Below the pieces are notes generated by a model, which was not told the DNA's origin, searched no databases, and was given only the letters and a program-made list of their open reading frames with translations. DNA of 64,000 bases from Azolla caroliniana. Its lineage: Eukaryota > Plantae > Polypodiophyta. A program made the translations under genes and the position numbers. Positions within the stretch are counted from its first letter, which is position 1, and every line of letters starts with the position of its first letter. The stretch spans positions 1,612,001 through 1,676,000 of the forward strand of contig JBHGNT010000022.1 in the NCBI GenBank assembly GCA_043228905.1, in the 5' to 3' direction. Below, piece by piece: positions 1 to 12,162 of the stretch.

Positions 1-3000
1 CGTGGTTGACAGCGCAACCGTCTTCTGCAGCCTCGACTGCCATGAAACAGCTCCCCCTGCATACGTCATCACATACCCTGATGTGGACCGGCTGGTATCT
101 GCATCAGCCGACATGTCCGAATCGGTAAAGCCGTCGAGTTCGGGCTTACCGGAGCCGAATCGGAGGCACACGTTTGCCGTGCCCTTCAGGTATCGGAGTA
201 TCCATTTGGACGCGTTCCAATGCTCTTTGCCGGGATTGCTCATGTACCGGCTCACCACTCCGACTGCATATCCGATGTCCGGTCTCGTACACACCATGGC
301 GTACATCAAGCTCTCGACGGCTGAGGCATACGACACTTTCATCATATCCTCCTTTTCAGCCTTTGTCTTGGGACTTTGCTTGCTGGACAGCCTGCAGTTT
401 GCCGGGAGGGTCGATCCGACCGGTCTTGCTTCTGACATGTTGAACCGGCGAAGCACCTTCGTCACGTACTTTTCCTGTGACAGCCACAACTGCTTCTTCT
501 TCCGGTCCCGGATGATGTGCATCCCTAGCATTTGCCTCGCCGGACCCAGGTCCTTCATTGCGAAGGTTCGGTGAAGAGCCTTCTTCAGCATCCGTATCTT
601 GACCTGGTCCCGTCCGACGATCAACATGTCGTCCACGTACAGGAGGAGTATTAGAAAGTCTCCTCCTTCGAACTTCTTCACAAACACGCAGTGGTCGGAC
701 TGCAATTTGAGGTACCCTTCGTCGGTCATGAAGGAGTCGAACTTCCGGTACCATTGCCAGGGAGCCTGCTTCAGTCCGTAAAGGCTCTTCTTCAACCGGC
801 ATACCAGGTGCTCCTCCCCTTCCTTCTCGAATCCTTCCGGTTGCTGCATGTAGATCTCTTCTTCGAGGTCACCGTGAAGGAATGCCGTCTTCACGTCCAT
901 CTGTTCTACCTCGAGGTCCATGCTTGCCGCTATGCTCAGCACCGTCCGGATGGAGGTCATCTTCACTACCGGGGCAAATATCTCGTCGAAGTCGATGCCC
1001 TTCTTTTGCTGAAACCCCTTCACCACGATCCTGGCTTTGTATCTCGGGGGGTTTCTGGCATCTCCCGGTTTAAGCTTGAACACCCACTTGTTTCGAAGTG
1101 CCCGCTTTCCTTTCGGCAACTCCACAAGTTCATATGTGTGGTTCTCATGCAGGGAATCCATCTCGTCCTGCATGGCACTCAACCACCTGCGGCTCTGGGT
1201 GTCATGTTTTGCTTCTTCAAAGCTCTCCGGCTCCCCCTCGTCGGTTAGCAGCACATGCTCTGGTTCCGGAAATCTCCGGGGGGCCCTTCTCTCTCTTAGA
1301 GGATATCTCCGTTCGGGAGCTTCGGTAACCGGTTCTTCCGATTCTTCTTCATCCGAATACATTTCGGGATCGGGGCCGGTTCCGGTATCGTTTTCATCTT
1401 CTTCGGCCGGTTCTGTTTCTTCACCGTCTTCGGCCGGATCCTCGAGTGTTAACCGGTCCCTTGCCGGTCGGGACTGCTCCTCGTAGAGTTGATCCTCACC
1501 GGTCGACTTGGAGCTCTTCACCTTCTTCTCCGACTCCCAGTCGGCGAGTGTCTTGTCCTCCATGAAGATGATGTCTCGACTCCTGAATATCTTCTTGTCG
1601 ACCGGGTCCCATACTCGGTAGCCGAACTCGTCGTCGCCGTAACCGAGGAATATGCATGGCCGGGTCTTCGGATCTAGCTTTCCTCTCCGGTCCTTTGCCA
1701 CATGCACGTATGCGAGACACCCGAACACCTTCAGATGCCGGTAGGATACTTCCCTACCGGTCCACACTCTCTGCGGCGTGTCTCCGTCCAAAGGTACTGA
1801 GGGTGATCGGTTTATCACATATGTCGCCGTCGACATTGCCTCAGCCCAAAACCCCTTGGGTAATTTCGCATGCGCCAGCATACTCCGGACCCTCTCCATT
1901 ATGGTCCGGTTCATCCTCTCGGCCAGCCCGTTCAGTTCCGGCGTCTTCGGCATAGTAAACTCGAGCCGGATTCCCTTCGAGCGACAGTACTCCTGGAACT
2001 GTCCCCGGTATTCCCCTCCGTTATCCGCTCGTATCGCTTTCAGCTTCTTGCCGGATTCCCTTTCCACTCTCGCGTGGAGTTCTTTGAAGACGGACAATAC
2101 TTGGTCCTTTGTCTTCAACGGTGCCGTCCACAGTCTTCGGCTGTGATCATCTATGAATGTTACGAAGTACTGGGCTCCGCCATGTGACTTCGTTTCTACC
2201 TGACACACGTCGGTGTGCACCAACTCCAATGGTGCGCTACGTCTCGTCGGTGGCCTTGAGTGGAAGGAGGTTCGGTTCTGCTTACCGGCCAGGCAGTCGG
2301 TGCACTTCTCCAGGTGCACATGCTTCACCGGAATAAGGTTGTCTTCTGCAAGCCTCTTCATCCCCTTCTCACTCATGTGGCACAGTCTCTTGTGCCACAG
2401 CTCACCGGCAGTGTCGGCTGCCACATTCAGCTCTTCCGGACATAACCGGGCATTCATCAGGTACAGTGTGTTGACTTTCCGGGCCCGAGCCACTATCAAG
2501 CTCCCCTTGCTGAACTTCATGACACCGTTCCGGATGCTACCCGTGTAGCCTTCATCGTCTAGCCTCCCGGCCGAAATCAGGTTCAATCGGACCTCCGGAA
2601 CGTGTCGTACATCCTTCAACAGCATCTTGCATCCGGTCGGGGTTGTCAACCACACGTCTCCGATGCCGGCTATCCGGCACGTACCTTCATTTCCCATCCG
2701 AACACAGCCATGCTCGCCGGCTGTGTAGGATGAGAAGTATCTTCTCTCCGGGGTCAGGTGGAACGATGCTCCGGAATCGACCACCCAGGTCGTCTCATCG
2801 CCGGCAATGTTTAGTTCACCTTCTTCGGTGATGAGCATGATCTCCTCTTCACTTGCCGCGAGTGCCGTCGTTCCTTTCCGGTCCTGTCCTCGCCGATCCG
2901 AACCATTCCGGTCCGTGGCTCCCCGGTATGCACCGTTTCTCTCCGGTGACTTCTTCGAATCGGTGTTGTCGGTTCCATTGTCCTTTCGGTAATGCCGACA

Positions 3001-3735
3001 ATTCTTTCGGAAGTGCCCCGGCTTCCCACAGTGGAAGCATGTGGGCCTTCCTCTTGACTGCGACCGGGTCCCCGACTTCTCCCGTCTTTGCGGACTCCGG
3101 TTCCATTGTCTTCCCCGATCCGATTCGGTAAACAACATCTTCGGGTCAGAGGTCGGTTCCTTATCTCTCCGACGCGCTTCTTCATTCAAAATACTTGTCT
3201 TTACCGTTTGTAAGGACAAGTTATCTTCGGTGCAGGAGGTGCTGAGAGTCACCACCAAGTTCTCCCAGCTTTCTGGCAATGTACACATCAGGATGATGGC
3301 TTGCATTGCATCCTCCAACGGGAACTTAATCGCCGCAAGCTGGTTCACGAATCCCATGAACGTGCTTACGTGTTCAACCATACTCTCGCCGTCCCGGTAC
3401 TTGAGGTTCACTATCTTCCTCATCAGGGAGGTCCGGTTCAACGCATTTTTCCTCTCGTAGAGGCCCGACAGCTTCTTCCACATCTCATATGCGTTGGTGT
3501 CGTTTGCCACATGTTGTAGGACGCTTACGTCGACATACTGTCGGATCGTCGCTACGGCTTTCCGGTTCAGGAGCTTCCACTCCGACTCAAGTACCCCTTT
3601 CGGTATTTCCGACCTGTCAATCGGTTCGTACAGGTCCCGAACAATCAGAAGATCCTCCATCTTGATCTTCCAGTCGGCGTAATTCTGTGCATTCAGCACC
3701 ATCATCATCGGCTGCCCGCTGCCGCCGCCTTCCAT
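1..3735 (-). CDS. Copia gag-pol polyprotein, partial (1245 codons, apparently open to the window edge)
   Basis: ATG at 3735 (MEGGGSGQPMMMVLNAQNY) is in frame with LQKTVALSTT at base 1; the ORF track lists no stop-terminated ORF in this frame; CGA is retained where paralog A2 has TGA. Confidence 0.8.
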   Translation of the reverse strand, partial: MEGGGSGQPMMMVLNAQNYADWKIKMEDLLIVRDLYEPIDRSEIPKGVLESEWKLLNRKAVATIRQYVDVSVLQHVANDTNAYEMWKKLSGLYERKNALNRTSLMRKIVNLKYRDGESMVEHVSTFMGFVNQLAAIKFPLEDAMQAIILMCTLPESWENLVVTLSTSCTEDNLSLQTVKTSILNEEARRRDKEPTSDPKMLFTESDRGRQWNRSPQRREKSGTRSQSRGRPTCFHCGKPGHFRKNCRHYRKDNGTDNTDSKKSPERNGAYRGATDRNGSDRRGQDRKGTTALAASEEEIMLITEEGELNIAGDETTWVVDSGASFHLTPERRYFSSYTAGEHGCVRMGNEGTCRIAGIGDVWLTTPTGCKMLLKDVRHVPEVRLNLISAGRLDDEGYTGSIRNGVMKFSKGSLIVARARKVNTLYLMNARLCPEELNVAADTAGELWHKRLCHMSEKGMKRLAEDNLIPVKHVHLEKCTDCLAGKQNRTSFHSRPPTRRSAPLELVHTDVCQVETKSHGGAQYFVTFIDDHSRRLWTAPLKTKDQVLSVFKELHARVERESGKKLKAIRADNGGEYRGQFQEYCRSKGIRLEFTMPKTPELNGLAERMNRTIMERVRSMLAHAKLPKGFWAEAMSTATYVINRSPSVPLDGDTPQRVWTGREVSYRHLKVFGCLAYVHVAKDRRGKLDPKTRPCIFLGYGDDEFGYRVWDPVDKKIFRSRDIIFMEDKTLADWESEKKVKSSKSTGEDQLYEEQSRPARDRLTLEDPAEDGEETEPAEEDENDTGTGPDPEMYSDEEESEEPVTEAPERRYPLRERRAPRRFPEPEHVLLTDEGEPESFEEAKHDTQSRRWLSAMQDEMDSLHENHTYELVELPKGKRALRNKWVFKLKPGDARNPPRYKARIVVKGFQQKKGIDFDEIFAPVVKMTSIRTVLSIAASMDLEVEQMDVKTAFLHGDLEEEIYMQQPEGFEKEGEEHLVCRLKKSLYGLKQAPWQWYRKFDSFMTDEGYLKLQSDHCVFVKKFEGGDFLILLLYVDDMLIVGRDQVKIRMLKKALHRTFAMKDLGPARQMLGMHIIRDRKKKQLWLSQEKYVTKVLRRFNMSEARPVGSTLPANCRLSSKQSPKTKAEKEDMMKVSYASAVESLMYAMVCTRPDIGYAVGVVSRYMSNPGKEHWNASKWILRYLKGTANVCLRFGSGKPELDGFTDSDMSADADTSRSTSGYVMTYAGGAVSWQSRLQKTVALSTT

Positions 3736-3749
3736 TTTCTGCAACAGTC

Positions 3750-3761
3750 GCTCTGATACCA
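3750..3761 (-). promoter_or_regulatory. PBS (initiator tRNA-Met type) of A1
   Basis: gctctgatacca = reverse complement of TGGTATCAGAGC, next to the LTR end. Confidence 0.9.
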
Positions 3762-3764
3762 GTT

Positions 3765-4127
3765 TGTAACGAATCGATGCTTCGATTAACCTTCTTCCCT
3801 CGGCCACAACCGAGCAATCGCGGATCAATGTAGCAGAAAATAGAAACCAAAAAAAAGAGAAATACTCGAGTACACAGTGATTAACGTGGAAAACCCTAGA
3901 TGGGAAAAACCACGGGAGTACAAGACTCCAACGACACTATACAAAGAGAAGTATACAATGACGAGCTCCAAGGCGACGACCTTGAGCTCGCTGTCCTCGC
4001 CACAGGCGGCGGAAATACACAGAGGCATCGTCCTCTTCCTCTCTCGCGCTCTATCTCTCTCTCTCTCTCTCACTCACGGCTGCTTACACTTCACTCCTCT
4101 TGAGTGGAAAAACAGAAAAATGAGTAG
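3765..4127 (-). repeat. A1 5' LTR, 3' part only
   Basis: Homologous to the LTR at 28434-29044; breaks off before the TATA region where it is fused to B1 gag. Confidence 0.85.
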
Positions 4128-7100
4128 CACCACAGCCAGGAAGCTTCAGCTCCGACAGGAGTTGAGCAACCTACGACAACGCGACTTGTCGATGGCGGAC
4201 TATACCTCGAAGATCAAGGATATCTGCGACTCCCTTGCCTCCATAGAGGTGAACATCGAGGAGAGCGAGATGGTCCAGATCTGTCTCGGAGGTTTGGCGT
4301 CGAAGTTCGGAGCGTTCCAAACGGCTGTGTACCCGGGAGAATACGCCGTCCTTTTTCGACTTACAGTCAATGCTCCTGGTAGAGGAGAACCACGCGGGTG
4401 CGTCTACAAGCACACACACCGACAGCAGAATGCTGTACACGAAGGGAGATAGGCCCCGTGGACGTGGAGGACGAGGCGAGTCGGCGCGCAATGGAGGCGG
4501 CCGACGAGATCAAGGAAGAAGGCACCGAAGTGATGCCAACAGCAACTCCGGACCCTCCGGAAACAGGGGGAGTCAAAGCGATGAGAACCGGCAAAGGAAG
4601 GTCATCGCGGAGTGCTGTTACTGTGGCAAGAAAGGCCACAGGGAAAGTGAGTGCTGGAAGAAGCGCGCCGATTCGGAGAGAACCGGTTCCGGAAACGGCT
4701 CCGGACATACCGACAAGGGAAATCGGCAGTGATCGCACTACGCCGAAGACTCCGAGAGAGCCGAAGAAGGGTTTGCGTTCGTGACGAGACACAAAGCAAA
4801 CTCAATGAAACGGACCACCCTGAGATCGGACGAGGTGTGGTACGTAGACTCCGGCGCGTCAAACCACATGACGAGCCATAAGGAGTGGTTCTCGTACCTT
4901 GAAAAACCGATACAACCTGGAGTAGTAGCAACTGGAGACGACACTCCGCATCCGATCGCGAATGTCGGAGAAGTTCCCCTTAGCCATGTCGGGTAGAAAG
5001 GGAAACTCATGAACGTGCTGCACGTTCCGACAATCACGAAGAACTTGGTCTCGGTCAGACAGATCGTCGACCAAGGGATGGAGGTTCGGTTTACACACCT
5101 TGGGTGCTTCATTGAGGAAGAAGGCCGTGTGATTGCGCAAGGGCGCAGAGACGGGAGGATGTTCATCCTCGATTCCACTGACGACGGCACCGCAATGTTT
5201 GCGAAGGGACAAAAATCTGAGTCGGACATCGACTTGTGGCACAAGCGGATAGGCCACGTCAACTACCAGCGGCTTCAAGATCTGCAATCGAAACAGGTAG
5301 TGTTCGGATTGCCCAAATTTAGTGGCCGAAAGGCACAAATTTGTGAAGCCTGCCAGCTCAGGAAGCAACACCGACTTCCTTTCCCCAACGAGCGAAACCG
5401 GAGCCGGAACAAGCTCGACCTTATACACTCCGATGTATGGGGGCCGGCACAAAACGTTAGTCTTGGCGGGAGCTGATATTTCGTCTCCTTCATCGACTAC
5501 CACACGCGGCACACGTGGATCTACCTCATTGAGAGGAAGAGCGAAGTCTTCGACTGTTTCCGGGACCTCAAAGGGTTCGTGGAAACGGAAACGGGACGAA
5601 AGATCAAGTGCCTGTGGTCGGATGGCGGGAAAGAGTACTTTTCTGGTCAATTCAACGGTTATCTACAACAAATGGGAATTCGGCGTGAATTCAGTTGTAG
5701 ATACACACCGGAGCAGAACGGCGTGGCCGAGAGGAAGAATCGGTCAGTTGTGGAAGTGGCACAATCAATGTTGGAGGAGAAGAGCTTGCCCAAGTTCTAC
5801 TGGGCCGAGGCGGTAAGGACCGCGGTATACATCCAGAACCGGATCGGAGACAAAGTGTCGGCGCACGAGCTATATTTCGGAACGAAGCCGAACTTGCGAC
5901 ACTTGAGGGTGTTTGGTAGCATTGCGTATGTGCATGTACCGAAGGAGAAAAGGAGGAAGCTGGACTCAAAGGCCGAGAAATGCATCTTGGTCGGTTACTC
6001 GGACGAGCAGAAGGGTTATAAGTGCTATAACCCTCGCACTAAACAAGCGCGTGTTAGCCGCGACGTTGTGTTTGACGGGTCTGCGTCCTGGTACCAGCCC
6101 CCGACTCCGAACCCCGACTCCAATCCGAGTTCTGACGATGAGGTCAGCGAGGCTGAGATGCCTCCGGATGAGCCCGAAATCGAGACCCGCGAAGAGAGTC
6201 CGATTTCACTCCGTTTAAGTGGACCGATTGGACGACTGAGTCGGTACGATCAATCCGATGAAGAGCTGGCCAGTAGTGGAGACTCGGCCGTGCATTCCCC
6301 CGCGCAGGAAGTCGAGGAGACGGCTTACGCGCAAAGAGAAAGGGAAGAAGAAGGTGTCGGATTCCGGCACGGATAGGAACGAGTCAGACCGACGCGAGTC
6401 CGACTCCGAGGGAACCGGTGACGGGTCTTTAAAGGTGAAGTCCGCGTCGACCGAGAAGGGCTCGACATCGGCTAATGTGAGATTACGCCGATCTACCCGC
6501 CAGAAGAATCTTGTTTTGCGGTTCGGATACAACGAGTACATGGCGCATCATTATGCGTACATGACCCGTGTAGCGGAAGTGCGTGAGCCGGAGAGCTACG
6601 CAGAAGCGGCTAAAGACGCGAATTGGCGTGCCGCGATGGAGGAAGAGATGCACGCATTGGCGGAGAACGAGACCTGTGACCTGGTTGACACACCAACAGG
6701 GGTAAAACCGATCGGGTGTAGGTGGGTGTACAAGGTCAAGTACAACACCGATGGCTCGGTCAACCGGTACAAGGCTCGGCTAGTGGCAAAGGGCTACGCG
6801 TAGAAACACGACATCGACTACGATGAGACGTTTGCGCCGGTCGCGAAAATGACGACCGTCCGTGTTTTGCTCGTAGTAGCTGCGGTGAAGGGGTGGCACT
6901 TACATCAGATGGATGTAAAGAATGCGTTCCTGCAAGGTGACCTTGAAGAACAGGTGTACATGGTACAGCCCCCCGGATTTCACTCTGGAACGAACTCCTC
7001 GGTAGTATGCCGACTAAAGAAGTCCCTTTACGGACTGAGGCAAGCCCCGCGTGCCTGGAACGCGAAGATCACGCAACAACTGCGTCGGATGGGCTTCGTC

Positions 7101-8747
7101 ACGTCAAAATCGGACTCTTCCCTGTTCATCTGGAAAGGTCGACTCGGACCGGTTAGTATTTTACTATATGTTGATGACTTGGTCATCACCGGCGCCGACC
7201 TAGGTGAAATCGACCGCGTGAAGCTCCAGCTTGTGGCATCGTTCGACATGAAGGATCTGGGGGACCTTCATTACTTCCTCGGGATCGAAGTGATCCGTAC
7301 CCCCGAAGGCATATTGATGACTTGGTCATCACCGGCGCCGACCTAGGTGAAATCGACCGCGTGAAGCTCCAGCTTGTGGCATCGTTCGACATGAAGGATC
7401 TGGGGGACCTTCATTACTTCCTCGGGATCGAAGTGATCCGTACCCCCGAAGGCATATTGATCAGCCAACGTCATTACGTACTGAGTATGCTCTTCAAATT
7501 CGGGATGGCCGACTGTAAGTCTGTCTCGACTCCACTGGACAGAACCATTAAGCTTCGTCCCGATACAGGAAAGGTATGCGACCCGATGAGGTTCCGACAA
7601 ATTGTCGGAAGCCTCATATACTTGACCATCACCCGACCCGACCTTAGTTATCCGGTCGGAGTGATCAGTCAATTCATAGCGCGACCTACCGAGGAGCACC
7701 TCCAGTGTGCGCAATGCATACTTTGGTATGTCAACGGCACTAAGGACCGGGGACTGCTATATTGAACCGGTGCCGCCGCGTAGTTAGTCGGCTACACCGA
7801 TGCTGATTGGGCTGGCAACGCCGCCGATCGCCGATCCACGTCCGGATACGCTGTCTCCCTCGGGAGTGCCGCAATCGCGTGGAGCAGTAAGAAGCAGCCG
7901 ACAGTTGCACTGTCGAGCACCGAACCTGAGTACCGAGGAGCGGCTGTCGCGACATGCGAAGCCATATGGTTGAAATGGGTACTTAGGGACCTACAAGAGG
8001 AGGTGTCAGATCCGACGACGATCTACTACGAGAACCTCAGCAGCATCCAGCTCGCGAAAAACCCTGTTTTCCACGCATGGACCAAGCACATTGAGGTGCA
8101 CTACCATTTTGTCCGTGAGCATGTCCTTTCCGGTGAAGTCGAACTTCAGTACGTTCCGATGGATCGGCAGACTCCCGACATCTTCACCAAGCCTCTTGGT
8201 CTGGACAAGTTGCGGCAATTCTCAGGTGCGTTCGGATTGCGTCACGTCGACGTCCCGAACGACCAAGCAAGGCAGCAGGAAAGGAGTGGAGACTGCAACA
8301 CCGACTCGGTTGACTCGGTTGTCGAGTTCGACTTCGGATCGACTGAAGAAGCCGAGGGCGGACCCGCGGAAAAGTCCGGAAGCGGACAAAAGGGGAGCAG
8401 CCGAAGGAGAGAGCCGAAGCCAACCACGCATGGGGAAAATGACGCCATCGAGGGCGAGAAGACCGAAGACAAGTTGGAGACAGCCAACTCGGACGAGAGC
8501 AAAAACCGATCGGAGGTAGCCGAGTTGGTTCGGATGTTTGATTCAGATATGCTGAATCAACCGAGGCCCAAGCGGAAGAAAAGGCAGCAGGAGAAGCGTC
8601 AACACCGCAACATCAGAAGAGCTGATAAGGGCCACATGGGCAGACAAGCCGACCGGAAGTGGAGTGTGAGCGAGGCGTGAAGCCAGGAGGAACCGGAACT
8701 GTGAGCCCGAAGATCCCGAAGAGCCTCAAGTTGAGCTTGAGGGGGAG
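4124..8747 (+). pseudogene. B1 gag-pol pseudogene with C-terminal extension
   Basis: ORF fragments 4370-4732, 4781-4996, 5009-5476, 5579-6376, 6258-6803, 6849-7346, 7322-7765, 7970-8680 separated by stops and frameshifts. Confidence 0.9.
7171..7461 (+). repeat. 143-bp tandem duplication inside B1 RT
   Basis: 7171-7313 repeated at 7314-7456, with TTGAT microhomology at the junctions. Confidence 0.95.
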
Positions 8748-9201
8748 TGTTGAGAGACAAGCTCAACATTGGCCGGATCAGTTGAAGAAGCCGAGGAACG
8801 GATCGGTTAGGACCGATCGGTTAGGCCGAATGCATAAACCGGTACGTAGACCGGTGCGTAGGTAGGGCCGGATCGGTGCGTAAACCGGGAGGCCGTTAGG
8901 AAAGATATTCCGTGAGGAATATATTTGGGAGTTAGTGTAGGAGCTCTTAATGAGCATTGAAGTACTGTCAGTACTTCGGTCAATCCTTCTAGGACTTGTA
9001 TAAAAGTGTTCATTGAACACACATATGTATAGAGTGTGGTGAATAGAGATTGAGTACCTTTTTTGAATATAGTTCTTGCTTTCCTCTCTCACTCTCTCTG
9101 TCTCTCCCGCGTATACTGCGTGAGCTCAAGATCTCCATTAAACCTGAGTCTTCTTCCTTCTGTTCGATCTTCATACTTGCTTCCGCACGTTTCTTTTTAT
9201 A
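8748..9201 (+). repeat. B1 3' LTR
   Basis: Starts TGTTGAG after the PPT; TATA near 8998; ends ttttata (TTTTACA in B2 and B3). Confidence 0.85.
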
Positions 9202-11848
9202 GATAGCGCAATTTTATGCGTTGTATCAGGAGCAACAGGAAATGGTGTCTCAATTCGTGATCCGTTTTCAGAATTTGCAACTTCAAATTTCCAGGCCTAT
9301 TCCGGACAATGAATTAAAGGATGTATTCCTTGAAGCAATTCGTGAACCATTACGAACAACACTAAAAGTGTTCGATTTCTGGAATTAGAATATCAAGCAA
9401 GTGATTGATAAGGCAATCGCTATGGGTTGATCGCGGATAAATGTACGGAGGATGGATATGTCAGCACTAAATCGAACACTGCCAATGATGGAGGAGTTAC
9501 AATTTCGACAAGCAGTTCAGTGTATTACTTGTTTAAATATCGATCATTCGACGATCGAATGTAGTCTACGGAAACATTGCACAATATGTCATTCTAAACT
9601 TCATTCGGTCAAGCAATGTGAGTATAACTTGCTCAATAAGACGACGGCTCCGATAAGACAAATTTTTCCGGAAAACGGGTACCACAATAACGAGAGTTCG
9701 TTCAATAATGGATACCAACGTAATAGTTTTCCACAAGGTCAACAAAATAATTTTCAAAAAAATCAAGCCTTTCAGCAAAATAAATTCCAAAAGAATCCAG
9801 CTTTTCAACAAAATAATCAATCTTTTCAACAAAGTAATTTTTAGCACAATCAAGACTTTCAACAAAATCAAGAATTCTCGGTAGCACCGAATATGAATCA
9901 GTAACAGCAAAATGGAGGACGGTTTAAGCAAAACCGGTATAAAAATAAAAAATTCTACAAGCCGAAAGTCTCACGACAGTTTCAACAATCGCCGAATGAT
10001 GGTCAATAGTTTATGCAAAATGATGGTTCTCGTCAGTTTGAGCAAGGCGAGGGAAGTGGAACGTTTGTTCCTACTTGCTATATTTGATGTCAAACTGGTC
10101 ATTATGCTAATCAGTGTCCTGGTAAAGGAAAAGGACCGGCGGTTAATATGGTTATACTGGAAAAACAACAAGTAACCACTAAAAGCAAAAGTAAAAAATC
10201 CGAGTGGGAGATTCAGGAAGCAGTCCGGAAAACAACCAAGGAATGGGTAGAGGAAGCAAACAAAAATAATGTAAACCGGATGCTCCAAGACAATGAAATT
10301 AACCAAGGTACCGAATTACCAGGAGTTATTGCTGTACCAGAACAAGAGGAAACTTGGAAGCTCTTGGCAGATTGCCAGGTATCATTACCACTAACATGAT
10401 TACTTAAGTTGGTCCCTAGATTTATCGAAAAAGTGGCGACATTGATTGCCCAAAAGGGGTCAAAACAAGTATCGGTACACTATAGTCAGCCGAGCACCAA
10501 CCCTTCAATCATGGATGATATTGGCAGTAATACTTCATTTGGAAGCTCCTGGTGCATATCCTTTGTTATTAGGGCGACCGTGGTTAAAGATTGCTAACAT
10601 CAAGCAGAATTGGAATCAGAATCAACTAACATTCAGAAAAGGCAAAACGAAAATCCGGGTTTCGACATAGAACAAGGTTGCGACAAGCAAACAGTGTTTG
10701 CCTGTGTATGCTGAGTCTGTCAATATGATGGAGGGATTAGACGAGGTCAAAGAAAATCAGTATTTTGATGATAATCCGAAAATCATTCCTTTGTTCGAAG
10801 TGGATATTTTACAAGCCTTGACACCATATGTGGATTCCCAGGAGGAATTGCCAATAGATGAGCAAGCAATGAAGGAAATACGACTCCAACAAGAAGCTAC
10901 CGACTGAGAGATGAAGGTGTCCCAACGAGTTCAAGCTTTAGCACTGGAGGAAATAAATTTGGCAGAAGAAGATAAGGACAATGAGTTGAAAACAGTACTC
11001 ATTGCTAGAGATATGATAGAAGCTGACAAACAACGGTTAACAGCATTATTAAAGCAATATAAGGATGTCTTTGCATGGTCTTTTGAAGATATGAAGGGAC
11101 TGGATCCAGCTTTTTGTCAACATCAAATCAATCTCCATAAGGATGCAAAGCCAGTTCAACAACGTAGGTACCGATTAAATCCTAATTATGCTATTAAAGT
11201 TAAAGAAGAAATAGATAAACTTTTGAAAGTACGGTTTATTCGTCCGGTGAAAAAATCGATTACCAGAAAAAGAATGGCAAGATTCGGGTATGTGTCGACT
11301 ACCGGAAACTAAATGCGGCTACCGTTACGGATCCGTTTCCATTACCATTTACGAATGGTATATTGGATGCGGTAGCTGGCCATGAAGTATATAGTTTCCT
11401 AGATGGTTTTAGTGGTTATAATCAGGTTCAGATGAATCCAAAAGATCAAGAAAAGACAGCTTTTGTTACAGAATGGGGAGTGTTTGTAGCAGTAGTAATG
11501 ATGTTTGGCTTGAAGACTGCTCCGGCGACATTTCAAAGAGTGATACAGGAAATATTTGGGAATTACATTCCTGCCTTTATGCAAGTATTTTTGGATGATT
11601 TTGCTGTTTATAGTCGGAAAACCGAACATTTTGAGAATTTACGATTATGTTTGGAGAAATGTCGGGAAGGACGGCTTAGTTTAAATCCGGCAAAATGTGC
11701 ATTCGGGGTCACTAATGGCACATTATTAGGCCATATTGTCAGGAAGGAAGGAATTGCAGTGGACTCTGACAAGGTTAAAGTCATACTGGAAGCACCGACA
11801 CCCACAAATGCTAAAGCTCTCAGTCGGTTTTTGGGACAGATTAGATGG
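9202..11848 (+). pseudogene. C1 gag, partly deleted protease and RT
   Basis: ORF pieces 9452-9844 (two CX2CX4HX4C), 10911-11312, 11363-11848; no protease active site seen near 10520. Confidence 0.85.
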
Positions 11849-12148
11849 TGTCGAATACAAGTGTATAATGGACGTATTCACACTATCCCTTTGTATAGAT
11901 CAAGTTTGGGCCATTTGTGTAATTAGCATAAATGGTAGTTGCCCTAAGTCGGTCACTATATATAGTGACCTTGTAACCTTTTTGTAAGGTTGGTTGTATT
12001 ATTGTTTCTATTGAATAGAAAGTCTTTTGTGCCTTCTCTCTCTCTCTCTCTGTCTCTGTGCACGATCTTGCAAACTGTCATACGCAGGTTCTCAACCCCA
12101 ATCGAATGCTACTTGATCTTCCGCATCGACACGGCCTTGTCTTCAACA
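11849..12148 (+). repeat. D 5' LTR
   Basis: tgtcgaatac...cttcaaca; 2 differences from the 3' LTR seen by eye. Confidence 0.95.
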
Positions 12149-12150
12149 TC

Positions 12151-12162
12151 TGGTATCAGAGC
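12151..12162 (+). promoter_or_regulatory. PBS (tRNA-iMet) of D
   Basis: TGGTATCAGAGC 2 nt after the LTR. Confidence 0.93.

Larger units (their letters stand above)
1..4127 (-). mobile_element. Ty1/copia element A1, runs off the left edge; 5' LTR truncated
   Basis: Minus strand reads LTR, PBS, gag, Zn-knuckle, protease (VDSGAS), integrase, RT (YVDD), RNase H in copia order. Confidence 0.95.
4124..9201 (+). mobile_element. Ty1/copia element B1, 5'-truncated, degenerate
   Basis: gag fragment, CYCGKKGHRESEC knuckle, YVDSGASNHM protease, integrase, RT, RNase H, PPT gagggggag, 3' LTR. Confidence 0.93.

Noticed and set aside
2-3682. Plus-strand ORFs also seen at 29170-32161
   Set aside because: Antisense shadows of the copia polyprotein, shared only because A1 and A2 are paralogs
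3877-4452. 191-aa chimeric ORF as a novel gene
   Set aside because: Chance read-through from an antisense LTR into the B1 gag fragment
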